From Octopus sinensis (taxonomy: Eukaryota), in NCBI RefSeq assembly GCF_006345805.1, contig NC_043003.1:116932001-116996000 (forward strand): a DNA stretch of 64,000 nt. The letters run 5' to 3'. Position numbers and translations under genes: made by a program. A model generated the notes under the pieces. It saw only the letters and a program-made list of their open reading frames with translations. It had not been told where the DNA came from and searched no databases. Of the stretch, positions 11,219 to 23,922 are shown in pieces. Position 1 is the first letter of the stretch; every line of letters begins with the position of its first letter.

Positions 11219-13370
11219 TATGTTTGACTTTTGCTTTATGTCTGTACAAGTTGGCTCCAAGTCTCACCCAGAGACCTCAAGAGACAACAGGTTAGAAGTT
11301 CTGTGCCATATATTTGGGTTTTTTTTGTTTTTTTGGGGGGTGTTGTACTAGTGAATGTCTAATACATAAAAATAAAAAATAAACAAAAAAAATATAATAA
11401 AAAAATTATAAAAGTTTGTTTTAAACCTTGGGATTACATAGAGAGTATTTTGTGTAGGATATGAGCAGTTCCCATGAGCACTATCTTTTGAATTTCTGCC
11501 ATTTTGGGGTTTCCTGGTATCTGAGTTAGGTAGCAATCAGTCCCTTTCGCTATCATTCCCAGGGCACCTATGACAACAGGTATTGTTTTAGTCTTCAGCT
11601 TCCACATTTTGCTGATTTCTATTTCAAGATCTTTATATTTGCTCAGTTTTTGGTAGGTCTTGACAGATACGTTTATATCGATTGGGACAGTCATATCAAT
11701 GAGGGGCATGTTCTTTGTCTGAAGTCTTTCAATATGATGTCTGGCCTATTTGCATCTATCTTCCTGTCAGTTTGAATGGTGAAGTTCCAGAGGAGTGAGA
11801 TGTGGTCATTTTCAAGCACAGGAGATGGATTGTGTTCCCACCAGTTTTTTTCATGGGGCAAATCCAGGTTTTTGCAAATTACCCAGTGAATATATTGTGC
11901 TGCTCTATCATGCCTACTGAGGTACTCTGTAGGCGCTAGAAGACTGCATTTGGAGACAACATGGTCAATGGTTTCATTTTGTTGTCGGCATACACGACAT
12001 GTTGGGCTACTGCCGTACTTTAATATGTTGGCCTGGTAGTTTCTTGTTGGTAGGCATTGATCTTGAGCTGCTATGATAAACCCCTCTGTTTCAGATTTTA
12101 AGCCAGAGGCCATTAGCCATTGATGGGTCAGGGCTTTGTCGATATCTGCATTATTCGCTCTCTTTGGGTATTTGCCATAGAGAGGTTTTTCTTGCCATTT
12201 ATTATTCAGAATATCTAAGGCCGCAGTTTTTGCACGGGTTTTCATGCGCCTAGCTTTTTCTGTGTTTGTTTCTTCTTGTATGTCTATCTCTAATTCGAAA
12301 TTGGTTGTATTCGGAATTCACTTAGATATTCCTTTGCCTGTTTTGTGACTGAGTATGATGCTTTCTTGTTTTCATGTTTTGAGACAAGTTTTAACATCCA
12401 GTCCTCAGAGTTTTTTCAGGTAGGTGTCCTAGGCAATTGTAGCAATCTTCATTGTTATTGCCAGTTGCAAAAGACCACGGCCTCCCTCTTTTCTTGGCAG
12501 ATAGAGTCGTTCTGTATCTGCCTTAGGGTGGTGCATTCTATGCATTGTCAACAGTTTCCTTATTTTTCTGTCGAGTTGACATATTTCAGTAATTGACCAG
12601 TTAACAATATTGAAACTGTAATCACGACTGGTATGGCTAATGCATTGATCGCTTCGATCCCGTTTCTTGCATTCAGCTCTGTTTTGAGTATTGCTCTCAC
12701 TCTTCGATAGCATTCTCTCCTGATCCTTTCCTTCATCTCTGAATGCCTTATTCCGTTCCCTTCAATTACCCCTAGGTACTTGTAGCTCTCCGCTGGGTCT
12801 AGTTCTTTTATGACATTCTGCTGGTCAAGGTTAACGTTAGATGTTTCTGTCATTTTTCCTTTGATAAAGGTAGCCTTTGCACATTTATCGAGGCCGAATT
12901 GCATTCTGATGTCGTCACTAAATTGTTTGACTATCGCTAGTAAGCCCTTGAGTTGCTGGTCATTTTTTGCAAAAAGCTTTAAATCATCCATGTAAATGAG
13001 ATGATTTATATTTTTATCAAACATTTTATACCCGTACTGCGCGTCATTGAGCAGCTTTGAGAGAGGTATTAAGGATAAACAAAAGAGGAGTGGTGACAGT
13101 GAGTCACCCTGGAAAATGCCACACGAAATTTTTACATCACCAGCATTTAGGGATTCATTGTCACTGTTCAGAGTTAGTGTGGTTCTCCATGATCTCATAC
13201 TTACAGTCAAGAAGTTTCGCAGAGTAGGTGCTATCTTATACATTTCCAGGCATTTCATAATCCAGCTATGTGGTAGGCTATCAAAAGCCTTTTTATAGTC
13301 TATCCAGGCTATTGATAAGTTTTTGTGTCGTTTGTGACAATCTTCTAAGATCATCTTATTGATGAGTAGT
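11218..13370 (-). mobile_element. 5'-truncated R4/Dong-clade non-LTR retrotransposon (RT + CCHC + RLE), frameshifted pseudogene
   Basis: ORFs 12560-13354 (WIDYKKAFDS, GIFQGDSLSPLLF, YMDDLKLFAK), 12429-12713 (RLYLPRKEGGRGL), 11691-12245 (CRVC..ETIDHVVSKC, RHD, RPDII) and 11434-11709 (IDMTVP..K..KY). 3' UTR ends in (AAT)n, and (AAT)n lies on both sides. Confidence 0.95.
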
Positions 13371-13384
13371 TATTATTATTATTA

Positions 13385-13439
<55 letters not shown>

Positions 13440-13440
13440 T

Positions 13441-13760
13441 GTGCATGCTAATTAATCAGATATTTTATCTTGAGATTTGGTGATGGGGCTCCTGAAATTT
13501 CAAGAATCTTCTGGTAGAAGATAGAATGCTACTTTTCTACAATGCGAGTTTCATCTCTTTTATACTCGTTTTCTGCTAGTATACTGAACTTACTCAAACA
13601 GTGATAAATATTTTCGTCTCCATTCCTGAAGATGGTACATTTGTTCTCTGACTGATTTTTGCCGATCTTTATCTTTATCAGGCTTTTTCGAAGGGCTTGT
13701 GCCTGACCAGCTATAACTAGCGCTTTTATCTCTAGATTCAAGCTCCCATCCGTCAGTCAG
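13441..13760 (-). mobile_element. Degraded RLE-LINE CCHC-region fragment; left arm of local inverted duplication
   Basis: ORF 13529-13741 ALVIAGQAQAL...KC...ENIYHCLSKFSILAENEYKR resembles the AAQDQ..CxxC..ETIxH..C..LA..EY motif. 13441-13662 is the reverse complement of 15948-16170. Confidence 0.75.
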
Positions 13761-14130
13761 AGTCAGTGATCTGTACCTCGAACATTTACGGATTGTTGTT
13801 GTTGTGGTTGTTGTTGTTATTCGTATCTCTGTCATATTTATGGTCATTCTTACCTTTGTCGTCATCATCTTCAATTTTTAGTAACTTTTACAGCACTGGT
13901 AATAATTTGCACGCGTAGTAATATCATTTTATAGCAAAATAATTATCGGTATAATCATTTTCTATGATCACAATCCCCAGCATCATTATCAGTTATGAAC
14001 AATATATAATGAAGATAGCTATAATTATCATGGCGTCGACGATAACAATGATGAGAAGTAGAATTTTCAAAATGGTGGTAATGATGTTTGTTTTGTTATA
14101 AACCGTTATTGATCTTGTTCAAGGTGGTTA

Positions 14131-14362
14131 AGGCGGTGAGCTGGCAGAAACGTTAGCACGCCGAGCGAATTGCTTAGCAGTATTTCGTCTGCCGCTACGT
14201 TCTGTGTTCAAATTCCGTCGAGGTCAACTTTGCCTTTCATCCTTTCGGGGTCAATTAAATAGGTACCAGTTACGCACTGGGGTCGATATCATCGACTTAA
14301 TCCGTTTGTCTGCCCTTGTTTGTCTTCTCTGTGTTTAGCCCCCTGTGGGTAGTAAAGAAATA
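14131..14362 (+). mobile_element. Full-length SINE family A (tail type 1)
   Basis: Head GGCGGTGAGCTGGCAGAAACGTTAGCACG, B-box GTGTTCAAATTCC, central CCTTTCATCCTTTCGGGGTC, tail TTTAGCCCCCTGTGGGTAGTAAAGAAAT. Confidence 0.9.
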
Positions 14363-14963
14363 GGTTTTTGATTAAAATCTTTAAAACTAATTGATAATTG
14401 CCCAACAAGATTTTAGTACAAGTCACCCGAGTTTCTATGTGCCTTCCAGAGGGACCGTATTTCGTGGGGACACTGAGGCTGCGCCTAGTTATGGCTGTTG
14501 TTGTGATGATGGTGTTTGTATTAAAATCGTAGTTGTCAACGTAGAACTTATGGGTCCTCGGCTGCTGTGGGTTTAGTGTTGACGGTGGTTGCTCTGGTGA
14601 TGGTAGTCATCCCTGACCAGTAACAGTCAAAGTCTTTTGACTATTAGCTGTGTCTTTTTACTGTTTTTTTTATAGTAGGTGTCAAATATTGGTGGTGATG
14701 GTGATATTGGTTGGTAGAGCTGCGATTTATGTTGATGATGAAGAAGGTGGTCTAATTTGCGTGTTTAGGGTGAGAGACGGATGGGTTCTTAACGTGTTTG
14801 TAAAAGGATAAAACTTTTTTTTATTTTAAATCCGAAGTAAAAGAGGTTATTTGGCTTTGATGGTGATCGGAAGTGATGAATGATTTTTGTTTAAAATATT
14901 GCATTCAAACTTTTAAACATTACTTACTACTACTACTACTACCACTACTACTACTACTACTAC

Positions 14964-15004
<41 letters not shown>

Positions 15005-15010
15005 TTAATA

Positions 15011-15308
15011 CCAAAAATGGCAGAAATTCAAAAGATAGTGCTCATGGGAACTGCTCATATCCTACGCAAAATACTTTCTATGTAATCTCAAGGTTTAACA
15101 CAAACATAATTTTCGGTTTTTAGAAAAAAAAAATTTCTTTTCTTTTTTTTAGACATTCATTAGTACAACACCAAAAACTCCCCCCCCCCCCAAATATATG
15201 GCACACTAGGCATAACAACAACTTGAACTTCCAACCTGTTGTCTCTTGAGGTCTCTGGGTGAGACTTGGAGCCAACTTGTATAAATATAAAGCAAAACTC
15301 AAACATAG
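15011..15308 (+). mobile_element. Short 5'-truncated copy of the Dong-like family at 11218-13370
   Basis: Encodes PKMAEIQKIVLMGTAHILRKILSM* plus the same 3' UTR; flanked by (AAT)n on both sides. Confidence 0.9.
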
Positions 15309-15324
15309 AATAATAATAATAATA

Positions 15325-15372
<48 letters not shown>

Positions 15373-15373
15373 C

Positions 15374-15414
<41 letters not shown>

Positions 15415-15453
15415 TAATAATGATGATGATAATAATAATAATAATACTAATAC

Positions 15454-15498
<45 letters not shown>

Positions 15499-15544
15499 TA
15501 ATAATAATAATAATAATGATGATGATGATGATGATGATGATAAA

Positions 15545-15609
<65 letters not shown>

Positions 15610-15640
15610 TAATAATAATTATAATAATAACAATAATATT
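15309..15640. repeat. (AAT)n/(GAT)n microsatellite
   Basis: Directly visible. Confidence 0.95.
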
Positions 15641-15947
15641 TACAAGCAGCATAAGTAAATTCTAAACGGCACACACGTACACACAGAGAAAATAAAAGAA
15701 AAACCCGTGTCACGAGCGACACCGTACCAAACCCATCCAAGTGACCTCTCTCAAACGAATATAAAGAGTCGTAAATTATTCACTCAGCTTAAAAGATCAC
15801 TAAACAGTTATGCCTGGGAAAATAGCTATCCAAATAAATAGCGGCGTTTTTCGATCTATCAGCCTCTGCTATGATAAATCCATTCGAATAACAAGGAAAC
15901 AGCGTCTTGTCAAAAAAGCAGAGCCGTCTCATTTTGTCACCGTCAAT

Positions 15948-16170
15948 GCAAAAATCAGTCAGAGAGCAAATGTGCAATCTTCAGGAATGGAGACGAATAT
16001 ATTTATAACTGTTTGAGTAAGTGCAGTATACTAGCAGAAAACGAGTATAAAAGAGATGAAACTCGCATTGTAGAAAAGTAGCATTCTATCTTCTACCAGA
16101 AGATTCTTGAAATTTCAGGAGCCCCATCACCAAATCTCAAGATAAAATATCTGATAAATTAGCATGCACA

Positions 16171-16253
<83 letters not shown>

Positions 16254-16294
16254 GGTATGCGATAAAGGAGAAAGAAAAGTCGATAGATATGACA
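15948..16294 (+). repeat. Right arm of local inverted duplication (empty-site version)
   Basis: 15948-16170 matches the reverse complement of 13441-13662 (about 7 mismatches by eye), then (AAT)n, then 16255-16294 is identical to the reverse complement of 11101-11140. Confidence 0.9.
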
Positions 16295-16299
16295 AGCTT

Positions 16300-18142
16300 C
16301 AACTTATGCTGGTTCGGTCATCGCCCGGGACAAGGGTTGCGTTACCCACTGGGGAACCAGACTGATGTCAAGAAATCTGTCGTTGGAACAAACTCTCGAA
16401 AAAAAAAAACGAACTTCCAGGTAACTAGAACCGGAATAACTCTAACCCTAGACCTGTAGTGGCACCATCAAAAACACCATCTAAAGCTAGACGCATAAAA
16501 TAGAGATGATTTGAAAGTTTTCTATACAGCCCAACTAAAACTAAACAATCACTTCATTGTACAAGCAGACACGTCATGGATAAACTTAGTAGACAAAGAA
16601 GTACGCAGATATATAGACGCAAATAAATGTGCCATTCAGAGGGAACTTATTTCGTGGGGATACTGAGGCGGCGCCTAGTTATGGCTGTGGTTGTGATGAT
16701 GGTGTTTGTAGTAATGGTAGTTGACATCGTAGAACTTATGGGTCTTCGGCTGCGGTGGTTTTAGGTGACTCCCTCTCCCCATTACTCTTTTGCATGGCAC
16801 TGAAACCACTCTCAAACGAACTGAATAACACCAGGTATAGGTTCAAAGTGTATAATAATATAATAAATCATCTGTTTTATATGGATGATCTGAAGCTGTT
16901 TGCTAGAAATGGCGAAGAGGTAGTAGGGTTGCTAACAACTATTAAAAAGTTCAGAAATGACATTGGATGGACTTTGGTCTCGATAGATGTGCTAAAGCAA
17001 CTTTTGTAAGAGGAAAGTTCAAGTACTTATCTAGCACAGAGGACTTGATGCTGCGGCTTCTATGCAAGATGAAAATAGTAAAAATCACATTCCATTTGTC
17101 AAGGAAGTTTGCAACTCGCAAAGGAACTTGGCATCAACCCTCAATTAGAGGAAGAACCTCAAACCACAGCCACGAAAAAAGTAAAAACGGATCAAACTGA
17201 CTGCAAAAAGGAACGGGCACAAACAAATTGAGGAGCAGTGGAGCCAGAAGCCTATGCATGGAAAGTATATACTTCGAAGCCAAATTGCTGATGTAGACTA
17301 AACAACAACTCATCAGTGGCCGAGAAGCTCAGGAGTCAAAGCAGAGAGTGAAGGCTACATATCGGCGGCTCAAGACTAAAGCTTGCTTACAAAAAGCTAC
17401 GAGGCTAACGTTCTTCAAAATGCTGATTCTGCGATAAATTTGATGAGACAATAGATCATCTCGTCTTGGGATGTCCTCTGTTCGCACCAAACAAACACAG
17501 ATATCGCCACGATAGGGTAGGACAGTATGTAAACACTACTAAATCAGCAATCCTGTTTTCTGGCATAAGCATTATCCTGAGCCAGGAGTTGAAGGTAAAA
17601 GCGTCGCTATCCTCTGGAGGATTTTCCAGTCAACACTGACAGAACGATCCAGGTCAATCGACCAGACATAATCAATAAAAACTGACAAGTTAATACTTGT
17701 AGAAGTTAATACTAACAGATATAAGTGTGTCCACTGATAAAAAATATATCTGTAAAGGAATTTGACAAATTATGTCCATATAAGGACCTGGAAATTGAAA
17801 TACAAAAAATGTGTGGCATCTTAAAGTGAGAACTCTTCCTGTTACTGTGGGTGCCCTAAGTATGAGAAGAAAGGGATGTCAGAAACATCTAGATAAAATC
17901 CCAGGAGAATCATGTCTCAGAGAAATCCAAAATATTGTGCTTACAAGTATTGCCCACATCCTGAGAAAAACCCAATCAATTTAAACGTCTGTGATGTATT
18001 GCATGAAGATATTTCGCTGCTGCCCCTGCCACTTCCCCTCCCCAAGCTTTCAGTCAAACTGTAGCATCTCTCATCCTTCACTCGCCCTAGGATGCTGGGT
18101 GTGTCTTGGCAAGTGATTGAAATAAACATGCAGATGAAAAGT
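16300..18142 (+). mobile_element. Internally deleted, decayed R4/Dong-like LINE
   Basis: GDSLSPLLF and YMDDLKLFA (ORF 16755-17009), FGLDRCAKA, then broken KPMHGKY, SEGYISAAQD, ETIDHLV.GC, RHDRVGQY, NRPDII, YKDLEIEIQKM, HILRK. Ends in (AAT)n. The 5' boundary is uncertain. Confidence 0.85.
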
Positions 18143-18144
18143 AA

Positions 18145-18180
<36 letters not shown>

Positions 18181-18600
18181 GTAATAATGATATTAATAAT
18201 AATATTGATGATAATAATAATAATAATAATGATGATGATAATGAAGAGGAGGAGGGGGAAGCGTAGAAGTAGAAAAAGAAGAAGAAGAAGAAGAAGAAGA
18301 AGAAGAAGAAGAAGATGAGGAAGAAGAGAAGAAGAAGGAGAAGAAGAGAAGAAGAAGAAGAAGAAGAAGAAGAAGAAGAAGGAGAAGAAGAAAAATAGGA
18401 GGAGGAGGGGGAGAAGAAGAAGTGGGGGACGAGGAGAAGGAGAAGGAGAAGAAGAAGAAGAAGAAGAAGAAGAGGAGGAGGAGGAGGAGGGGGAGAAGAA
18501 GAAGTGGGGGACGAGGAGAAAGAGAAGGAGAAGAAGAAGAGAAGAAGAAGAAGAAGAAGAAGAGAAGAAGAAGAAGAAGAAGAAGAAGAAGAAGAAAATG
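18143..18600. repeat. (AAT)n followed by polypurine (GAA)n/(GAG)n tract
   Basis: Directly visible. Confidence 0.95.
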
Positions 18601-18619
18601 AGCATGAGGCTGAGATTAT

Positions 18620-20522
18620 TGATCAGGAAAGCGATGATAGAACCGAGGAACAGATATCCATTTTAAATGTAATCATTGATATTTGAGCCTCAGGTGAACA
18701 GAGCCATCATACGGGGTTTAAAAAAGTAGACAGAAGGAAGCTCAATGAATGGGTAGGAAAGATAAATGGTATCACTGGAAATATCAGGATGGGCCATATC
18801 ACAAACAGCAACACTCTGATGAATGCAATCTCAATCTTTATGGCCCGGAAGTTAGGTTTGAAAGTCAAAGGTAAATGTCGACATAACCTGAAGGAAACAT
18901 GGTGGAAAAAGAGAATAACGAGACGAGAAAACATTAATATTCTGGAACGGAAAAAAAGAAATGAAGTTCAGAGAGAGAAATATGTTGAGTTAGAAAGGAA
19001 GTAGTGAAGAGAAAGGGAATCAATGTTGTGATTGAGGAATTAAAACAAAGGTTTAAAGCTAAAGCACATAAACTAAAGAGATGTGACCAGAGAATTAAGC
19101 AATACAGATTAAACAGACTTTTCGAACCAAATCAGAAACGAGTCTATCAGGAACTGAATGGGAAAGGGAAAAGCCGTGCTGCATTCTAAAGAAAGCAAAA
19201 GATTCTGGGCAAACATATGGTCTCAGGAGAAACAGCACAAAACTGAAGCAGAGTGGATAAAAACTCTCAAAGAGTGGAGAGGATCAGCAGGAGGATTTGA
19301 GAATAACCGAGGTGATGATTAGAGATCAGTTCAGGAAAATTACTAATTGGAAAGCGCCCGGCCCAGATGGGGTTCAGGGCTTTTGGCTTAACATTATGAC
19401 AGCTCAGTACAGGGAAATTGCGAGACAGATGGACGAAATACTGAGTATTGACATCCAAGTACCGGCTTGGATGACAAAAGGAAGAACGGTTGCTATGCCA
19501 GTAAAGGGAAAGCAGTTGAAAATTTCCAACTAATAACTTGTTTGCCACTGAGGTGGAAACTGATGACGGGCGTCATATCAATCAGTATGTATAAGTATCT
19601 AGATGAGAACGACCTACTGCCAGTGGAACAAGAAGGGTGTAGACGTAAGAGCAGAGGAAGGAAGGATCAATTACTAATCGATAAGACTATCCTGGCTTAC
19701 TGCAAGAAGAGATAAAGAAATTCGGCGATGGCATGGGTGGATTACAGGAAAGCATATGACGTGGTCCCACACTCGTGGATTATTGAATGCCTTAAACTGC
19801 TTCAGGTTTCCCACAATATCCTGAAGATAATGCTAAACTCAATGACAACGTGGTGAACTGAACTTATGGCATGGAAAGATAAGCTGGGAGAGGTAAATAT
19901 CAAAAGAGTGATCTTTTAAGAGGACAGTCTGTCGCCTCTCCTATTTGTTGTCTGCATACTGTCACTAACGAGCGTTTTAAGAAAGATGCGTGTGGGGTAC
20001 ACGTTAGGCAGGGTGAAAGTAAACAACCTGTGGTCTATGGATGACCTAAAGCTATTCGCTAAGACCGAGAAAGAAATTGAGAGTTTGACGGCAACCGTGC
20101 AGAGGATTAGCAAAGATATTGGCATGGAATTTGGGATCAAGAAATGTGATGTAATAATTCTCAAAAGGGAGAAAAACAGTTAAAGCCAGGGGATCAAACC
20201 GGAAAGTGGTGAAATTATAAAGGAAGTCGGAGAGGAAAGATAAAAGCACCTGGGTATCATCGAAAGAGATAAGATGAATGAACATAAGATGAAAGAAATG
20301 TACAGGAAAGATTATTTGAGGAGAACTCGGTTTGTGCTCCAATCGAAGTTAAATGGCCGCTATACGATTAGAGCAATTAATGCGTGGGCGGTTGCTTTGA
20401 TGAGATATGGGGCAGGGATAGTATCTTGGAAGAAGCATGAATTACAAAATAATGAACAAGGAACTACACCCCAAGAGTGATGTGTCAAGATTGTATATAA
20501 AGAAGAAAGAAGGGGGACGGAG
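18620..20522 (+). mobile_element. Decayed RLE-type (R4-like) LINE, N-terminal region and RT
   Basis: [100 protein letters not shown] spread over several frames with stops. Confidence 0.9.
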
Positions 20523-21849
20523 AATGAAAATGTATTATTATGTTGTATCTCGGGAGGTCATTATGCCAATAATAAACATATGCACTGGCCTGTCTGTCAG
20601 ACCTGAAGCATACTCGAGAGGGCATGTCACTGACGAGATCACAAATGGCGAGGAAAGGAATATGATATAACCAATTGATTGATTGAAGAATTTATCAAAC
20701 ACTCGATTAGTTAATAATGAAGTGAAATATAACCAGTGTGTGTGTGCTTTTTAATTCTCTAAAGATACAACTAAATGCGTTTCAACAAAGAAATTCGCAT
20801 AAAAAATCATGCGAGTCAAGTACAGAAACGAAATAATATTCCTGAAGTTCAAACTGGACTTCTTACAATGCTAAAATTTGATCTTATAATTACTGTGTCG
20901 TTAACACAAATATTTAGAGCTTAGCAGACTATGTTAATCCGGATTTGAAATCTTATAAATGGAACACAAGAGAGGAGTAGTAACGTAGGTCTGTACTGCG
21001 TTTCAGGAAAAGATATTTTAAATCCGAACATCTGGTCTAAAAACTGATGAATAAAGGATTTTGTTAGCTACAGATTTTCTATGGTCATATATATTTATAA
21101 AGAGACAGAAAGAACAAAACAACAAAAACAACTTATTTGCGAAGAAAGACAGTTTTTAAAATTTTTGTTCCATATTTGACTAACGTCTTTCAATTATGTC
21201 CAGGAAATTGTTGCTATCTCAAGTAGATGCCGCTTACAGCATAAATAAATACATAAAATAACATCAAATTATTGTCTCAAAATAGAACAATTGAACAACT
21301 TCGTTATTAAAATCTATCAATCTAGAACTTTGTGTAAAAATCTGAATAGATATTGAAAAAAAAAAAAAGAAAAAGAAACAAAAAGAAAAAACTCTCATCA
21401 TTTTACTTAAGTGTACATAATAATACGTGTATTATCTAAACTGACTATTTAAAAGGTAGTTTTTTTTTCTATATAATTGTACTTACAACAGTTAATTGTA
21501 TGAAAGACATCTGTGCTTCCCAAACTAGACATCTATCCACAAGAATACAATTTATCACGTCTGGTGGTCGCATTCGGGGGAGGAGTTTCTTTTCTAAAAT
21601 TAGTTGAACGGATGCCTTCACATTGTTGTTTGTTGTTAATATCATTATCAATATTCTTTACGTTATTGTTGCTTTGTATTTTAGGAGCTGCTCAAAGTGT
21701 CACTCGGAGATCGCAAGTAACGGCAAGCTGGAAGATTTTTCTATAGCTGTTGTTTATGATATACTGGAAGGGAAGAAGACCAGCATCTGTTAATTAAGAT
21801 TCTTTTAAATTTGTAATAGTTCAGTCTTGAAAAAGTTTTAAGAGGATCA

Positions 21850-22150
21850 TTTATTTTCAGCATGACAATGCTTTTCTTAAAGTGTTTTGCAGTTCTGGCC
21901 ATATTGTTTAGAGCATTTTTGGTATTATCCCTCTAAAACCCATTAACCACAGGTGCGTGCAATTGTTCTTAGACGCCCAGTCTTTGAGAACTCTATTTGA
22001 AGATCCTTGTATTTACTTAACGTTTCAAATCAAAATTTAAACTTTGTGTTACAAGCAGTTGCATAACGTAAACACAATCCCTCACACATAATTTCCAAAT
22101 GTTTTTTTCAGAAGTGTTGCTGTCTTCTACGATAGACATGTTCATGAGCA
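21850..22150 (-). mobile_element. Very degraded RLE-LINE C-terminal fragment
   Basis: Minus-strand remnants SKYKDL and PVV..G..GIIPKML resemble the RLE C-terminus. Confidence 0.4.
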
Positions 22151-22213
22151 AAAATGTGATTTTACCTCAATAACTGGTATATTGGCTGAATGCATTGATC
22201 AGTTTCAATAATA

Positions 22214-22445
22214 CATTTCTTTACTACCCACAAGGGGCTAAACACAGAGAGGACAAACGAGGACAGACAAACGGATTATGTCGATTACATCAATCCCAGA
22301 GCGTAACTGGTACTTAATTTATCGACACCGAAAGGAAGAAAGGCAAAGTCGATCTCGGCGGAATTTGAACTCAGAACGTAGCGGCAGACGAAATACCGCA
22401 AAGCATTTCGCCCGGCGTGCTAACATTTCTGCCAGCTCGCTGCCT
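22214..22445 (-). mobile_element. Full-length SINE family A (tail type 1) with 15-bp TSD
   Basis: TSD TCAGTTTCAATAATA at 22199-22213 and 22446-22460. Confidence 0.93.
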
Positions 22446-22892
22446 TCAGTTTCAATAATAGAGTCCCAAAGTAAGGTAATATATTTATTTTCTACTACTT
22501 TGGCATACTTATATTTCCACTAGTTCTTCTCGTATGGGAGTTCATATGTGTATCATGTAATCCCGTTCCAATACTAACCAACCAGCATAGAGCATCCACA
22601 GATGAAACGGCATTGTTTTTTTTTTACCGTTGCAGAACAAACGCGGCAAGCAGGACCAGCAAGATTTATTATTCTGGTTCTTTAAACTCAGATTTTTTTG
22701 GAACTCCTGGGATCTTGCGTGAGTAGCGGGTTTGCTTAACTAAAGTCTATGATACCATGCTATTTGTTCCCTTCAGCTATCTGATATTTTCCTGATTATT
22801 CCTGGCGGTTATTATTATTATTCATATACACACAACACATTAGACTGTTGGAAAATAAAAAATCCTAACATCGGGATAAAAAGTAATTTTAG

Positions 22893-23710
22893 ATGCCAAT
22901 AATTCTTCTAAGTATCCTAGCTGTCCCTAATAACACTGTTTTCTGGAGCTGTACTAAACTGGGTTTTATGACTATTTCCTCTATCCATCTGTTCAAATCT
23001 ATAAGGATAGTTCCCAATGCACCTATAACTATTGATATACATTTTACTCGCACTTTCCATACTCTCTGTAATTCAATGGCTAGGTACTCTGCTATTTTTT
23101 TATACCTCTCATATTGATTTCTTTCACAATTTGGGACTGTAAAATCAATTATCTGGCATTTTCTATTTTCTTTACTACTACTAAATTAGGCCTTCTAGCT
23201 TCTATTACTTTGTCAGTCTGAATGTTCAAGTCCCACAACATCTCCTATTTCTTACTTCCTAGTACTTTACAAGGTTTATGTTCATACTGGATGGAAGCAC
23301 TCCGTCGGTTACGACGACGAGGGTTCCGGTTGATCTGATCAACGGAACAGCCTGCTCGTGAAATTAACGTGTAAGTGGCTGAGCACTCCACAGACACGTG
23401 TACCCTTAATGTAGTTCTCGGGGATATTCAGCGTGACACAGAGAGTGACAAGGCCGGCCCTTTGAAATACAGGTACAACAGAAACAGGAAGTAAGAGTGA
23501 GAGAAAGTTGTGGTGAAAGAGTACAGCAGGGATCACCACCACCCCCTGCCGGAGCCTCGTGGAGCTTTTAGGTGTTTTCGCTCAATAAACACTCACAACG
23601 CCCGGTCTGGGAATCGAAACTGCGATCCTAACCACTGGGCCATTGCGCCTCCACTTTATGTTCATACTATTTGTCTGGGTGTTCAAATCCTAGCCGTCTA
23701 CATGGATTAT
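22893..23710 (-). mobile_element. RLE-LINE 3' fragment interrupted by a SINE
   Basis: Minus translation YEHKPCKVL..LWDLNIQTDKVIEARRP..IIDFTVP..IVIGALGTI..QLQKTVLLGTARILRRIIG; continues past the SINE at 23669-23710. Confidence 0.8.
23289..23654 (-). mobile_element. tRNA-derived SINE family C with 14-bp TSD
   Basis: Minus head GTGGAGGCGCAATGGCCCAGTGGTTAGG, B-box-like GTTTCGATTCCC. TSD TTTATGTTCATACT at 23275-23288 and 23655-23668. Confidence 0.9.
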
Positions 23711-23857
23711 TCTCCCGAGTTTGTCATGTGTTTTCTGTGCGAGTTTGCTATAGCCACATACTCTATGAGTAACAATTTCTTCTTTTGATTTGCATAATCT
23801 ACATTGGGAACTTACTTGGATTTTTGTCTATCTTCGCTTTTATATCATTAGTCATTA

Positions 23858-23922
23858 ATGCAGACGAAATACTGCTACGAATTTCGCCCGGCGTGCTAAC
23901 GGTTCTGCCAGCTCACCACCTT
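23858..23922 (-). mobile_element. SINE family A head fragment
   Basis: GCAGACGAAATACTGCTA..ATTTCGCCCGGCGTGCTAACGGTTCTGCCAGCTCACCACCTT. Confidence 0.8.
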
